A stretch of 64,000 nucleotides of DNA from Fistulifera solaris (Eukaryota): the NCBI GenBank assembly GCA_030295235.1, contig AP026129.1, positions 248,001 to 312,000 on the forward strand, given 5' to 3'. The notes below the pieces were generated by a model, which searched no databases, was not told where the DNA came from, and saw nothing but the letters and a program-made list of their open reading frames with translations. This document shows positions 37,887 to 49,647 of the stretch, one piece after another. The position numbers and the translations under genes are program-made. The first letter of the stretch is position 1, and the number at the start of each line of letters is the position of its first letter.

Positions 37887-37989
37887 AACTTAGCTATAGT
37901 GCTACTCCGTATAAAACAACATCCAACATCGTTGATAATGCGACGTAGGAAGTGTTACAAACTCTACCGCCCAGTCGGCATCAATACCC

Positions 37990-38097
37990 GAAATTATCTC
38001 CTAAGGGTTTTATCAGTGTTAATTTCAATCGGAATCTGCTGGAAATTATCTCCTAATGGTTTTAGCAGTGTTAGTTTCAATCGGAATCTGCTGGAAA
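37990..38097. repeat. 52-bp direct tandem duplication
   Basis: GAAATTATCTCCTAA.GGTTTTA.CAGTGTTA.TTTCAATCGGAATCTGCTG occurs twice. Confidence 0.85.
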
Positions 38098-38479
38098 CTA
38101 TAGCTTAAGAGCTTTCTCAGCAGGCGTTCCCTTTACATGCGTTTCTTTTCAATCTTATACGATTCAATACGTGGCACTGCTGATGAGGGCAGCTGTTGAC
38201 ACTTTCTTTGGAATAAATCATGATATGACGTGATTCCCACAAAAGAATACTATGAATTACTATTTTAAATACCGCGGAAGCAGACAATAATGCGGAAAGT
38301 ACTATCAGAACACGTAGTGCAACTTTGACATTCTTCATCATCGTCATGCTCGACCACCTCCGACTTCCGACCTCCGATCTCGGCTGTACCTGGTACGACC
38401 GATCCAAACAGGCTAAGCTCACATATTTTGTGTGATCATTCCGTCAACTCATTTTAGAGACTCGACGGCAGAAATCACG

Positions 38480-39495
38480 ATGGTCTTTGCAAAGATTTAC
38501 ATTGTAGCATCAATCTGTGTGGCTGTGTCCTCTTTTGCCCCAACTCGTGTACCGAGAACAACTCCTTCGAGGGTGCTAAGTTCTCACCAAAATGTTTTCG
38601 ACGCTGTGGAACTACCTGATTTCGATTGTGTTTTCGAGAAAATTCAACAATTGTCACCTCTGGCTCGGTCGATCATCGATGCAGAGTCATTATCTGTGAC
38701 GACCGACGGTAAGTCTTTGTTTGCCAGCCTCTTTTTCTAAGATGCATTCGAACTCACTTTCCATAATTCTTTCTCAATACCTTCAGATGCGAAACTGAGA
38801 TGGAAAACTTTAGAGTCAAACGAAAAGAAACCTGTTCAACAAATACAAAAACTAGATTGCTTTGGTGGTTTCTCTACGCCCGTCTTCCGTTTCCGATCCA
38901 AGTTGGAAGGTCCTTGCATTGGAGAATTTTTCGGGCGTTACATTATTGACTTGGATGAGAGGCGGAAATGGGATGCGCAGATTGAAAAAGTTCACGAGTT
39001 GCATATCTTAAAAGATTTAGAAAGGGTAAACGAGCGCATGGGTGGCGGTCGATATGGTCAGTGTTCGCGATTGGGAATTGGATACGGCCAAACCAAGGCG
39101 TCAATCATCACGGCTCGTGAACAAATGTTCATGTACGGGCTACAACAATTTAAAGATGGCTCATCTCTTATTTGGGGTAAAGAAATGTCAGACGAATACA
39201 ATCATCTCCTTCCTCCTGGAGAACGTCATATTCGGTCGAAGTCGCATCTTTTCTCGGCTACATTAAAACCATCCGACAATAACAGTTTTGATGTCGAGTA
39301 TGTGCTGCAATTGGATATTGGTGGGTCGATACCCAACTTTTGACTACACCAGTTCTCATTGATACTGTAAAAAGTCTGTTCGAAACCGCGAAGCAAGAAT
39401 TTGCTGGTGCTACTGACAGCTTGCAACTTTTTCTTCAAGAAAAGATCCATGAAGAAAGTCACATCAATTGGCATGGTCTTTTGAATCCTATGTAG
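38480..39495 (+). CDS. START-like protein, tandem paralog (copy 2); one intron; frameshift near 39340
   Basis: Signal peptide ending VSS-FAP; shares LPDF..F..I.Q.SPLAR, EGPC.GE, RLGIGY and FDVEYVLQL.IGG with copy 1; intron at a similar position. Confidence 0.7.
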
Positions 39496-39897
39496 GACCT
39501 GGAGGTTTATGCGGTTAAATGCCTCTCGTCAACAAAAAAATCTGCATAACATTGGAATAGTGATATAAATTATTAATGTATCCGCGAAGTTCAAGATAAG
39601 AGATACGGAGTATTTATTTAATTTTTATTAGTTTTATCTAGGAACTGGTAACTAGCGATGCTATGTGAAAGTCTTTGTTGAATCCATTGACGAGATTGTG
39701 TAAAAATGTAGCTCATTGGAACTTTTTGGGAAGTGGCCTTGTTGAGCCAGTTGGTGATTCGGTGATTGGTACAACTAGTAAGTCTCTGACTCCACTAATT
39801 TCAGTCCCGCAAAGTGTCGCACGGTCTACTTCACTTATTTTGTTGAAGATTGATGAAAGAAGCAAATTTTTCCATGAAAGTCTCGAGATAATATTTC

Positions 39898-40152
39898 ACA
39901 CAGAATTCCTGTATGAAGAATCACATCGATCCAGGATTTCTGGAAGGTACTCAGGATTTCTGTATCACGAAATGCACCGTCTCACACTTTTCTGGAACGT
40001 ACAAAGAATATCTGTATGTTGAAATGCACTGTATCCAGAAATGTAGGAATTTACACAGAATTTCTGTAAGGAAATACTCTACCTCAAGACTTTCTGTAAA
40101 TCGAACAGAATATCTGTATGACGAAATACACCGTATCCAGAATTTCTGGAAC
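39898..40152. repeat. Degenerate ~51-bp minisatellite, 5 units, two palindromic CAGAATTTCTG-type cores per unit
   Basis: Consensus approximately ACACAGAATTTCTGTATGACGAAATGCACCGTATCCAGAATTTCTGGAA. Confidence 0.8.
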
Positions 40153-40290
40153 TCCTTTCCGTCCCGGTCGTCTGGCCATCTGCTCGCTCATCCGCCTGCG
40201 ATGACAATCTCTTTTCACAAACTCTATCCACTACCATAGGTATTGCTCTTCCGTTTGACCAATAAGAAGACCTTACACTCTTTTATTAAG

Positions 40291-40630
40291 ATGGGTTTCT
40301 CAATATGGAATATATTCAAGGTAAATGATTTACGCTGCAGCCGGACATTTTCTGCTTGTAGCTCTGATGACTGATATACCGTTAAAACGTCTCCATCATC
40401 GAACGACGCAGGCCGGGCTGTTGTTGACGAACTCCGTCATGATTTTAAATCGTCGGCGGTTTTTATCGAAATTTGGTTTGGATGATATGAATTCTATGCA
40501 AGCCATGGGGGACAGTCCGATGAAGGCGCAGGTAGTGGGTCTTTTGCATGCGGTGCAATATCTAAAAGTCCCTGTGATTGCAGCGAATGTCGTGACGATT
40601 GTGTTTGAAATAATCCTGGGCGGAACATGA
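40291..40630 (+). CDS. Yos1/IER3IP1-like ER-Golgi transport protein; intron 40321-40411
   Basis: Spliced product MGFSIWNIFKAGLLLTNSVMILNRRRFLSKFG...KAQVVGLLHAVQYLKVPVIAANVVTIVFEIILG. Confidence 0.85.
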
Positions 40631-40964
40631 TGACAAGGTTTCGATCTGCTCTCTCTTTTCTTTTCTAATAGAGTCTTAATTTAAAGCGTTCATTTTTTAT
40701 TCTTTCGTGATAAAGCAAGGAGTCTCTTTCGGTCTTCGGTCCATACCTTCCTTAATAAGGTTACGGGTTCGGCTGAGTATATCTTTACCTCAAACCCATA
40801 AGTCTGTGAGTGCAACGCTTCCCACTCGCCCTTTCACCAAAGAATGTTTTTGATGGATGGTCGACAACATGAAATGAACAATATCCAAGCCTAATAACAA
40901 TTACAAGCACATTTCTTACCTGTACTCAGCATCTTTTGTACATTTCTTTGCTTGTAAGTACAGA

Positions 40965-42068
40965 ATGTTCTTCATACTCTTTTTCTTTGTGACCCCTCTA
41001 GCATTTTCCTTTTGCTACCCCATCGGACGAAATTGTTGCGACGAAACGACCAGTCTCCATGGAAGGCCGCAACGACATCGATACAAACCAACATTTCCAT
41101 TACGCTTCCTTCAGCTGTCCAGGTATATGATGACTATCCATCCGCATTGCACACAATTCATGTCAAAACGGTATTGACACCTAAGGAAACCGAGCAATGT
41201 CTACGAATTGCAACCGAGTATGCGACTTTGACGGGACGTTGGGATCGACCCGACTTTACTCGACACGCCAGTTACGCGACCTGTGACTTTTGTATTGAAG
41301 ATTGTCCTCCCTTGCAGTCGTATCTGCAATCCATCCATTTCGATACACGCATTTGGGATTTACTGCATTCGTTCTACAATATCGATCATGACGATATGTC
41401 GTATTTGGATTTCTTTTGTGCGCATTATCGAGCCAAATCGGATGAAAATTTGGAAACGATGGACCGCTTAGAAGCGCATCGTGATGGGTCGCTGCTCTCT
41501 TTCACGTTGTTGTTGACTCCGCCGGATCGATTCGAAGGGGGTGGGACATTTTTCGAAGCTTTACGGGACGTTGAGCCGACCATGGAAAATAAAGACACCT
41601 TCCAGACAGGCGAAGTAATTCGACCACAGCAAGCTGGTGATGCTGTTATGCATTGTGGAAAGATACTTCATGGTGCGGATGTAATTACTAAAGGTCAACG
41701 GACTGTGCTTGTTGGCTTTGTCGACGTGGAGTGAATGGCGACAACGCCCTGGGGCACTGTCAAGGGCATGTCGAGACTGGGGTCGCATGGATGTGGCTAA
41801 ACGTCGTCTAGAACGACAAAAACAAAAAGGCTGCCGTGGATGGTTTCTCAATCATCAAAAATGGCTTCCAAAAGTAGATAGAATGACGCATTCTATAATA
41901 CAGGGCTACATTCCAGCATTTCGATCAGTAGAGCGCCGGGGAAACGATGATTTTCAACGACGAAAGCGACTGGAGGCTGAAGACGTTCTTCTTCGAACGA
42001 TATTAATGGATCGAGATGAAGCAGAAAAATCATTTGATATCTTTGATGGAGATGTGACGATTCTATAA
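40965..42068 (+). CDS. 2OG-Fe(II) oxygenase with signal peptide; frameshifts near 41010 and 41730
   Basis: HRD (HxD), FEGGGTFF and H.G...HGA..ITKGQR..LVGF. Confidence 0.8.
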
Positions 42069-42103
42069 ACATGGAAATGTGAATTGAATGCTTTTAATGT
42101 AGT

Positions 42104-42841
42104 TTAGCCTATGCAGATTGACCTAGCGATGTCGTTGGCAAAATCACCATGAGATGACTGAAAATCTGTTTGAAAGGAACCGCCCAATTCGTTCTGCAGT
42201 ATCTTTCGATAATCGAGTAAAATGGTCTTGTGATCTGCAAAATAGGTGTGATTCTCAACTTCTGTAAAGGGGATTTTGATGACCTCTTTCACATCATCGG
42301 CAGCTTCTGGATGCTCCGTCCCGTCCAAATGGATCGCGTAAGTAACAGATACTGTATGCCTTCGATTGTCTCGTCGAGGGTCGGAGTAAATACCGATCAA
42401 TCTCGGTCGAGAAGGGATAATCGTGATACCCGTCTCCTCGGCTAGTTCGCGTAAAACAGCTTCTTCAACGGACTCTCCCATTTGCACGAATCCCCCAACC
42501 GTCGCTAGTTGACTTGTATCCTTCCGTCTCACTAGCCAAACGTGATCTCGGCCCGTCATAACAACTAAATCTATGGCCAAACTGGGTGTGCAGAGACAGA
42601 AGCCATCTGTGTCGCCGCACCAACAAGAGCCAGAATGGGCATCGGATGGATGTCCTCCGTGCCATTCCCGTGAATAACTCCGTAATCCTCCTCTGAAGTA
42701 AAAGATTGTGTTGCTGCCTTTCCACATGAACAAGACGGTACCAGCTAATAGAACATTAAGAGAAACGGAAAGAAACAGACGAGTGTTCGTCGAGGCCGCT
42801 CGCGACGAATTCAGTCTCCATTTTCTTCTCGGGTAAACCAT
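42104..42841 (-). CDS. NUDIX hydrolase with N-terminal TM segment
   Basis: Nudix box GGFVQMGESVEEAVLRELAEETG; YSDPRRDNRRHTVS. Confidence 0.9.
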   Translation of the reverse strand: MVYPRRKWRLNSSRAASTNTRLFLSVSLNVLLAGTVLFMWKGSNTIFYFRGGLRSYSREWHGGHPSDAHSGSCWCGDTDGFCLCTPSLAIDLVVMTGRDHVWLVRRKDTSQLATVGGFVQMGESVEEAVLRELAEETGITIIPSRPRLIGIYSDPRRDNRRHTVSVTYAIHLDGTEHPEAADDVKEVIKIPFTEVENHTYFADHKTILLDYRKILQNELGGSFQTDFQSSHGDFANDIARSICIG

Positions 42842-43092
42842 TCCTTATCTTTACGAGCGATTCAATGAAAAGAATCCTGGTCGTCTACTGTCAACTCAGT
42901 TATTCTCGGCTTGCAAGCAAAGTTATAATCTTCTGGCAAGCATTTCTGCTGCAACAACAAAAACGTGAAGGAATGAGGACGAGTTCGGATGCAGCGAGTA
43001 CCGCAAAAATACTTCCGGTACTTCTTACTTTAAGTAAGACGATTTAAGCAATGTACAAGAGAACGACTTATCTCAACGTAATACTCAGTAAT

Positions 43093-43986
43093 TTAGTTTA
43101 GCAGATCTATGTTCAGATTCGAGTTGTTGGATAGTGTGATACTTCTTCGGTGCCTTGAAGTTGTGCTTTCTCCTTTACAAGGGGATAATGACTTGATCGA
43201 TTTTATCGGAGAAGCTTTCCGAGGCAACGATCTTAGCGACTTTGACTTGGATCGTTGGTAAGGCGAAATTGGCATGTCCATTCTCGCCGATGATCGCTGT
43301 GGTGACTTGATCTTGGTATTCTCCGGACTTTTGGGCTGACAGGGAGCTGTTACTATCTTCGCTGGTGTGCTAGCTTCCGGAACACATTCGTTCGGTAAAG
43401 CATGTGCACTTGACGACCGGGGAGCGTATGGTGGCCGCCGAGAACTTTCCATGTTGGTCATGCATGAAACCATACTGGGATTCATGGACTTTATTCTCTG
43501 ATGTGTGTAAGCCAACATTTGTGGTGGATTGTGCAGCACAAAAGGCGAATCATCATTCGAAAGGACGAAATCTTCCCTGGCAACCAAAGCATCTTGAACA
43601 CCTCGCATGCTTGCTTTTTCGGCAGAATGTGAGCAGAAAGATCGATAGACGCTGGAAATCTTATGAGGGTCGCTTATGCCAAGTTTTCTTTGGCGGTTTT
43701 GTTCACTTGTCACGACCCATCGCGATAACGATTTTCTAACGTCGTCGTATTCGCCACGCTCAAGTCCACGAAAGGTATGATCTGTCGTTTCAAAGAATCT
43801 ATAATCATTGGCCAAGGATATGATCATGCTGTCTCTCCTTTGAAAACTTTTGTAGTCGTCGCGATTGTACCATAATGAATTCGGCGAAACGCTCCAGTTC
43901 ATACCATCGTCGACATGGTGGACTTGGACCTTATCGTCATCGAAACTGATACCAGTACGCGAATTGGCACGGGCAACTCTCTCCAT
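43093..43986 (-). CDS. Hypothetical protein of a common diatom family (LWY...RGLE...EQ.RQ...A..RG..D)
   Basis: Intact 297-aa ORF with the motif series noted. Confidence 0.65.
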   Translation of the reverse strand: MERVARANSRTGISFDDDKVQVHHVDDGMNWSVSPNSLWYNRDDYKSFQRRDSMIISLANDYRFFETTDHTFRGLERGEYDDVRKSLSRWVVTSEQNRQRKLGISDPHKISSVYRSFCSHSAEKASMRGVQDALVAREDFVLSNDDSPFVLHNPPQMLAYTHQRIKSMNPSMVSCMTNMESSRRPPYAPRSSSAHALPNECVPEASTPAKIVTAPCQPKSPENTKIKSPQRSSARMDMPISPYQRSKSKSLRSLPRKASPIKSIKSLSPCKGESTTSRHRRSITLSNNSNLNIDLLN

Positions 43987-44896
43987 TCTTTAACTTTCGA
44001 TTGCCAATACAAAAGAATTTGCGTGCACAGTATGAATATCATTTAAATACTAAATTGCGTGTCATCGCGTGATGCTTCGCTTTTCGTCGGTTACCCATTC
44101 TGTGAGTCAGAAAGGCGAAAACAAGCATGATAAAGTTAAAGCAGAATAAAGGAGTAGTTGCTATGCGCTGTGCATAAAGATTATAGATCCAAGATCGACG
44201 ATCTACGAGTGGTCTACGATCAACGATCAACGTTAGACATTTGCGGTTTGATCTAGTACCAGTGGTATTCATTTTTTTAAAATGGTGTCCTTTAGTCATC
44301 GCAATAAGGTAGAAAGTCATTGTTTGTAGTTTTTGAAAACGGGTGTGACTATCTCTGTGGACTACTTTGTACACACCGAGAGACAAACGACAAAGACCCA
44401 CGATGTCGAAGTCTGGTGGCTAGTGTGACATCAGCATTGCCAATGAAAACCTTAAAGATACGTCACAACTCACAACTCGAACGTGACGAGTGACGACATT
44501 AGAACAGCCAACTCTGAAGGTTTTTTGCGAAATGAGACAAATACGATCCAGGAATCCATTTCACGATCAACAAATTGATTTTGAAAAACCAACTCTCTAG
44601 ACTCTAGGCATTGAGCGCATGCATTACTGCATTACGTATTATGCGAATCGGAACATTTAGGAGCTCTAGGTCTAGGGTCTCTAGGGTTCACGACTAGGAA
44701 CCTGTGAGGGCAATTGAAAAAGCTAGGGGCGAGAAGCCCAGGCCCAGGTCAAACGTACCGACTTGATCATGAGCTTTCATGTGTAAAGGGAAACGTGTGT
44801 CGCGGTCGCTTGCTTCCATCTAAAAGGTTGCAATGTTTGAGTTTGTAGTCGGCATCATGAGAAAACTACGTCACTACATCATCTTCATTAGTCACA

Positions 44897-46346
44897 CTAG
44901 ATGAAACCGTGAGTCGATTGAGCGAAACCATCTTTGTTGCGTAGAACTGCACGCGTATGTTGCATCGCTTTACGCACGGACTCAATATCATTGCCAAGGT
45001 TCCCGTATCGCACCATGCAAGCCTTCTGGACTTGTGCCGTCCAGAAACGAAGTTTGTTGACTGTCAAATGCCGCTCTTTCGTAGCGGAGTGAATGGTCCC
45101 AATCAAGTCATAACAAACATGGAGAATCTTTCACGGATAGGTGAGAACTTTAATGGCACACGCAAGTTATGAAGCGAAAATTTGATGAAAAATAGCGTAC
45201 CGATAAATGCTCTGTGCTGGCGTTGTTGCATGCTGCCATTGACAGATGTAGAGGCATGCAGATTCTCTGTAATAGATGGTCAAGATGGTCGACTTCAACT
45301 GATTTTGTTAACTGTAGCGCATAATTCAAGTAGGAAATGTAAATTTCGGCAAAACCAACGCGAATAAAATGTTTGGTCTCGTTAGTAATGTCCTTGGCTT
45401 GTAACACGTCCTCTAGTATTCGAATGGTTGCCGAACGTGCTTCTTGCACACACACATCATCGAGTGTCCGATTGCACAGACGCACCCACGAGTCCCGTGT
45501 TAAAATTGATAACGAAGCGGGAGGTGTATTCCAGAATTCAGCTTCATTGGTGCAGCGACGACACTGACACACGAACCCATGTTGATGGCGGAGTGTCGCA
45601 TGACGCTGAGGGTAGGGTTGCGTCGGCGGAAGGTAACTCCATACAATTTCCTGTCCTGTCTTGATTGAATCACACGCATGCGCAATCATCGTGTCACCTG
45701 CAAATACTCGAACAGCATTGGGAACACAAGAATGGTTGATCATCGCAGCGAACGGAAAGAGACCCAAAAGTCGTCGAGGAATGTAGGTGTTGTGGTCGAG
45801 CCATCGTTGTTCGATAGACAAATATGTTACAAAATCCGGTCCAAATGCGTTTCTTCGGATGATTTGCAGCAACTCATTGTCTGAAATATCGTTGATTGTG
45901 AATGAAGTTGTCGCTTCGTCGGACCCACGTCCCAGAAGTTGTGCAATCGATAGAGAGGTTGTGTTGGAGGCCGAGGCACCCATCAAAGTCATGAAACTTC
46001 CCACCGTCGCCTGTTCATCCTTGTTAGATATCAAGCTTTTCATTTCCTCTATAAGAACTTGCTCAGAGATTTCCTCCAATGTACCCGGTTGACTATTTCG
46101 AGATACCCATCTTGGATAGACCGTTTCCACTCGTGCGAAGACTGTCGCTGGGGTAACAAACAAGCACTCACCCGCCGCAATATCACGCGTAGCAATAAGA
46201 CCACGGCCACTGACAGCCGCTGTATTTGTGATTGTTACTGGTCCTACGTAGTAACAAGATCTTGTCGTTGCATTTGCGTCATCCTCGTTCGATTGGAATA
46301 ACAATGACGAAATGTCAAAAGGATCTTCCAACTTGTGTGATTTCAT
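44897..46346 (-). CDS. SET-domain (SMYD-like) lysine methyltransferase; intron 45128-45200
   Basis: GRGLIATRDI..GE, AMINHSCVPNA, G.EI..SY and post-SET FVCQCRRC. Confidence 0.88.
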
Positions 46347-46511
46347 TGCCAATCGCCTGCCTTTCCTGTTGAATATATAAGCATTTACTATCTAAAGTCG
46401 ATTGTATGTGATGATGGACATAAAGAGAAAGAAGGATCATCGCCTGCGAAGACGACAACAACAATACAAAGTCAACCAAACAAGCAAAAATGAAATGCAT
46501 GTTCTTGTCTT

Positions 46512-46761
46512 CGTGACTGAAAATGCAATCGTGTCGAAAAACAGACAACACTTTGAGCATACAGTGAATATGTAGCTCCGGAGTAATGGACAAGAATCCG
46601 CAAGGACTTTCGACGTGAATCAAGGCGTGCCTTGTCAATGATGCTGATGGTAATTGCATCGTGTTGAAGCACATGTTACTTACCAAGCTAGTAGAATGAA
46701 CGGTGGCTGAAGCAGCAGTCCGGCTCAAAAGATCAAAATTCATGACTGAAATGCAGTCGTG
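46512..46761 (+). repeat. Hairpin-delimited repeat, locus C (one 229-bp unit, two hairpins)
   Basis: Motif at 46512 and 46741; internal sequence aligns with the locus B units. Confidence 0.8.
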
Positions 46762-47169
46762 GCGAGTTCGCACCATAATAGCACATTGATTTTCGATCAC
46801 TAGAAAATGTTGGGAAAACAACAATATACAAAAGATGCTTGATTGCCAGGGAAGGTATTTCTTCATCAAAATTGGGGTTTAAATTGCCTTCCGGCTCTGA
46901 CACTTTTTTCTAATGCAGACACAATGTGAAAGTAGCCCGACAATCCGGGCCACTCGTCCTACTAGTGTAGCACGGATTGTCGACGGAACAATAGGGCAAG
47001 CATTGTGAGTCTTACTTTAGCTAGAGATGATTGTTAATGATTAAAGATTTTCAGCCTGTGTGTCAAGCATAGTGATTAGACGAAAGCTGTGGCTCCCCGG
47101 GGTAATTTTATATTTGTGTTGCTCAACGGAAAAAATAACCGATAGCAGACTTTTTTGCATGATTGTACT

Positions 47170-48817
47170 TTATTCGAATTCTTTTTCGAGTCGTACAGAA
47201 TTATGAATGAGATTGCTCCAAGAACGTAGATGAGTGCATTCAAACCAAAGACTAAACTCCAGTCTTGACCATTTGCATCGAGTATCCTTCCCGTCAAGTA
47301 CGTGGCACCTGTTCCAATCAACACGGCTGGAAGGCTGGTAACACTGTACAAAAGACCTGCCCATTTGGGGCCGCTCTTTTCTTGATTGGCTGCATCATAG
47401 CCAGCCGAGTTAAAAGACAAAAACCCAATGTTGACGGCTACATAGAGCTGGGCTGCCCAAGCTTGTTCGGGAATATGCCAAGCGAGCAAACCCAGCGACA
47501 GAGCTGGGACAAGAAGACCGATTGATTGAAACAGTTTTCGAATATTTGTTCGGGCTGTCTCGTCCTTGGAATCTACGATTCGCTGCCCAATGGCATCGGC
47601 CGAGGTCCCTGCGATTATACCTCCCACAACACCTGCTACACAGGGCAAGATCGACAGCCAAGCCGAGCCGCGCACACCAATTCCATATTGTTCCAAATAG
47701 AACGTCGGTGTCCAAGCTAAAGCCAGATAATTGCCCCAATTCTTGGCCGAGTGGGCCAAAAACATTGCCCACGCCCCTTTCGATTGAATTATTTCTTTCC
47801 ACGGAGCATCCTTTATACTGAGCTGGTCATCATTTGAATAGAAGTCATTTCCCTCCTTTGACGTAGTTGGGCTATCTTTCGCGAGAAACAACCACGGAAG
47901 CAACAAAAGTAGACTACCGCTGCCATAAACATAAAACAGTTCTCTCCAGTCTCCAAAAAAGTCCAAAATGACGGGACTCAACAACAGTGCTACAATCGTT
48001 CCCGACTGAAAGCCGCTGAAAAGAAAAGCTAGTGCTGTTGCGCAGAAAGGAAATGAGATATACATGTGCGTAAGAGCGCCGTGCTTTCGCATCGCAGACT
48101 CGTCGTACCTCTACTCTTCTCATTCACCGAAGTCCATTCATTAAGCAATCGTGTCGATGTGGGCAACAGAATACTTTCTCCTGCTCCTACAAGCATACGA
48201 GCGATCAAAAGCGGTCCGATGGAAGAAGCGGCCGAGACTATCGTCAGCGGCGTAGCAATGGTCGCGAGACTCCAAAGCGCAATACCCGAAGCCATCAGGA
48301 GTCGCGGAGACCACTGCCCCGCCAAGAATCCAGCGGGTAATATAACGAGAGCGTAGCCAAAGCTCAACAACGATGAGATGGAACCTTTGGTTGTATCCGT
48401 GAATTGAAACTCTTCCGCCATGGGAATGATAGCTACGGACATGGCAATTCGATCAATCGCCGATAAACACGCGGTAAGCCATAATAGTCCCAGCATAATG
48501 TACTTGAGTGACTCGGGTTCGTTGTTTGTTTCAATAAGCAAATTGTCTGTCCTTTGTGTAAGGGCAGTGCGGGGTTCGTCGAGACTTGTCGATGATGATA
48601 ATTCGAAATTGCTTTCAATAGCAAGACTTTCATCTTTACGAGCAAATGTACGCGATCGAAGCAGTCTTAGTGAAGATGAAGTGTGCGGTGTTAACGGTAT
48701 CCTTGTGGAAAGGACCGCAGGCAATGCTGAAAGTGCGTTGACGTGATTGTAAAACAATAGCGAATAGAGCAGAAGCAGTCGGCCGCCCATCATGATTATC
48801 CTTCCGTTCCTTGTCAT
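47170..48817 (-). CDS. MFS anion:cation symporter (PHT4/SLC17-like), plastid-type presequence; intron 48035-48108; frameshift near 47185
   Basis: DRIAMSVAIIPM, KGSISS, AR.LVGAGE, PWKEI..SK, WTPTF and W..VF motifs. The true C-terminus is probably SKKEFE*. Confidence 0.88.
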
Positions 48818-48998
48818 GCTTTGCCTCTTCGGGCGAATGCAAATTGTCTTTGTAGTCAAGTAGTCAAGGAGGATTATTTTTCATATTGTTGAAGAGCATT
48901 AAAGACTGCGATGGGAGACCGCGAGAGGCAGAAGCTGCGAGAAAGCGAAACGCAACATTTATCACATGCAAGGAAATAAATAACACATCCCCGGTTTT

Positions 48999-49313
48999 CC
49001 AGAATTTCTGGGCACGCATGAAAACACAACACTCCCAGGTTTTTCTGGGCGAGTGGTTTTCACACCCCCAGATTTTCTGGGGACGCATGAAAACACCGCA
49101 TCCCTAGATTTTCTGGGTAGGTGAAAACACAACACTCCCAGATTTTCTGGACGAGTGGTTTTCACACTCACCCAGATTTTCTGGGGACGCATGAAAACAC
49201 CGCATCCCCAGATTTTCTGGGTAGGTGAAAACATAACACTCCCAGATTTTCTGGGAGAGTGGATTTCACACAGACCCAGATTTTCTGTTTTATGGGGACG
49301 CATGAAAACACCC
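48999..49313. repeat. Minisatellite of nine palindromic CCCAGATTTTCTGGG cores (~34-bp spacing, ~104-bp higher-order unit)
   Basis: Cores at about 48999, 49034, 49067, 49103, 49137, 49171, 49207, 49241 and 49275; three linker types recur cyclically. Confidence 0.9.
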
Positions 49314-49647
49314 TATGCACAGGGAGACACGGGAACGCACCTCTGCTTGGTACATTTCTCTACGGGGGCCTACGTGAATGTACACTTTTTCCCGCACCTT
49401 CCTCAGATGATTATCGTTTTTCGTCCTTTTTGTTTCTCGTCGTCATGTCGTTGTCGTCCACGATCGTCTTCTTGACTGACAAATATTATCAAGTGTATTG
49501 TATCCTTGCTGATAGCACTGACTCAAGTCAACGTTCTAGCGACCGACACTCGCCGTCGCGAGTCGGTCGATCAAAGTAATCGACGCTGAAAGTATTCACA
49601 AACAAAAATAGCGTTCACGAAAAAAAGATGAAAACAAAAAATAAATT

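Noticed and set aside
39898..40152. Heat-shock element cluster
   Set aside because: Only isolated TTCnnGAA pairs occur, and the GAA-T-TTC spacing breaks the three-pentamer HSE register.
41725..41740. TGA read-through or selenocysteine in the 2OG-Fe(II) oxygenase
   Set aside because: The coding sequence continues in a different frame, so a 1-bp indel explains it.
48999..49313. CRISPR array
   Set aside because: The repeat is only 15 bp, the linkers recur cyclically rather than being unique, there are no cas genes, and the context is eukaryotic.
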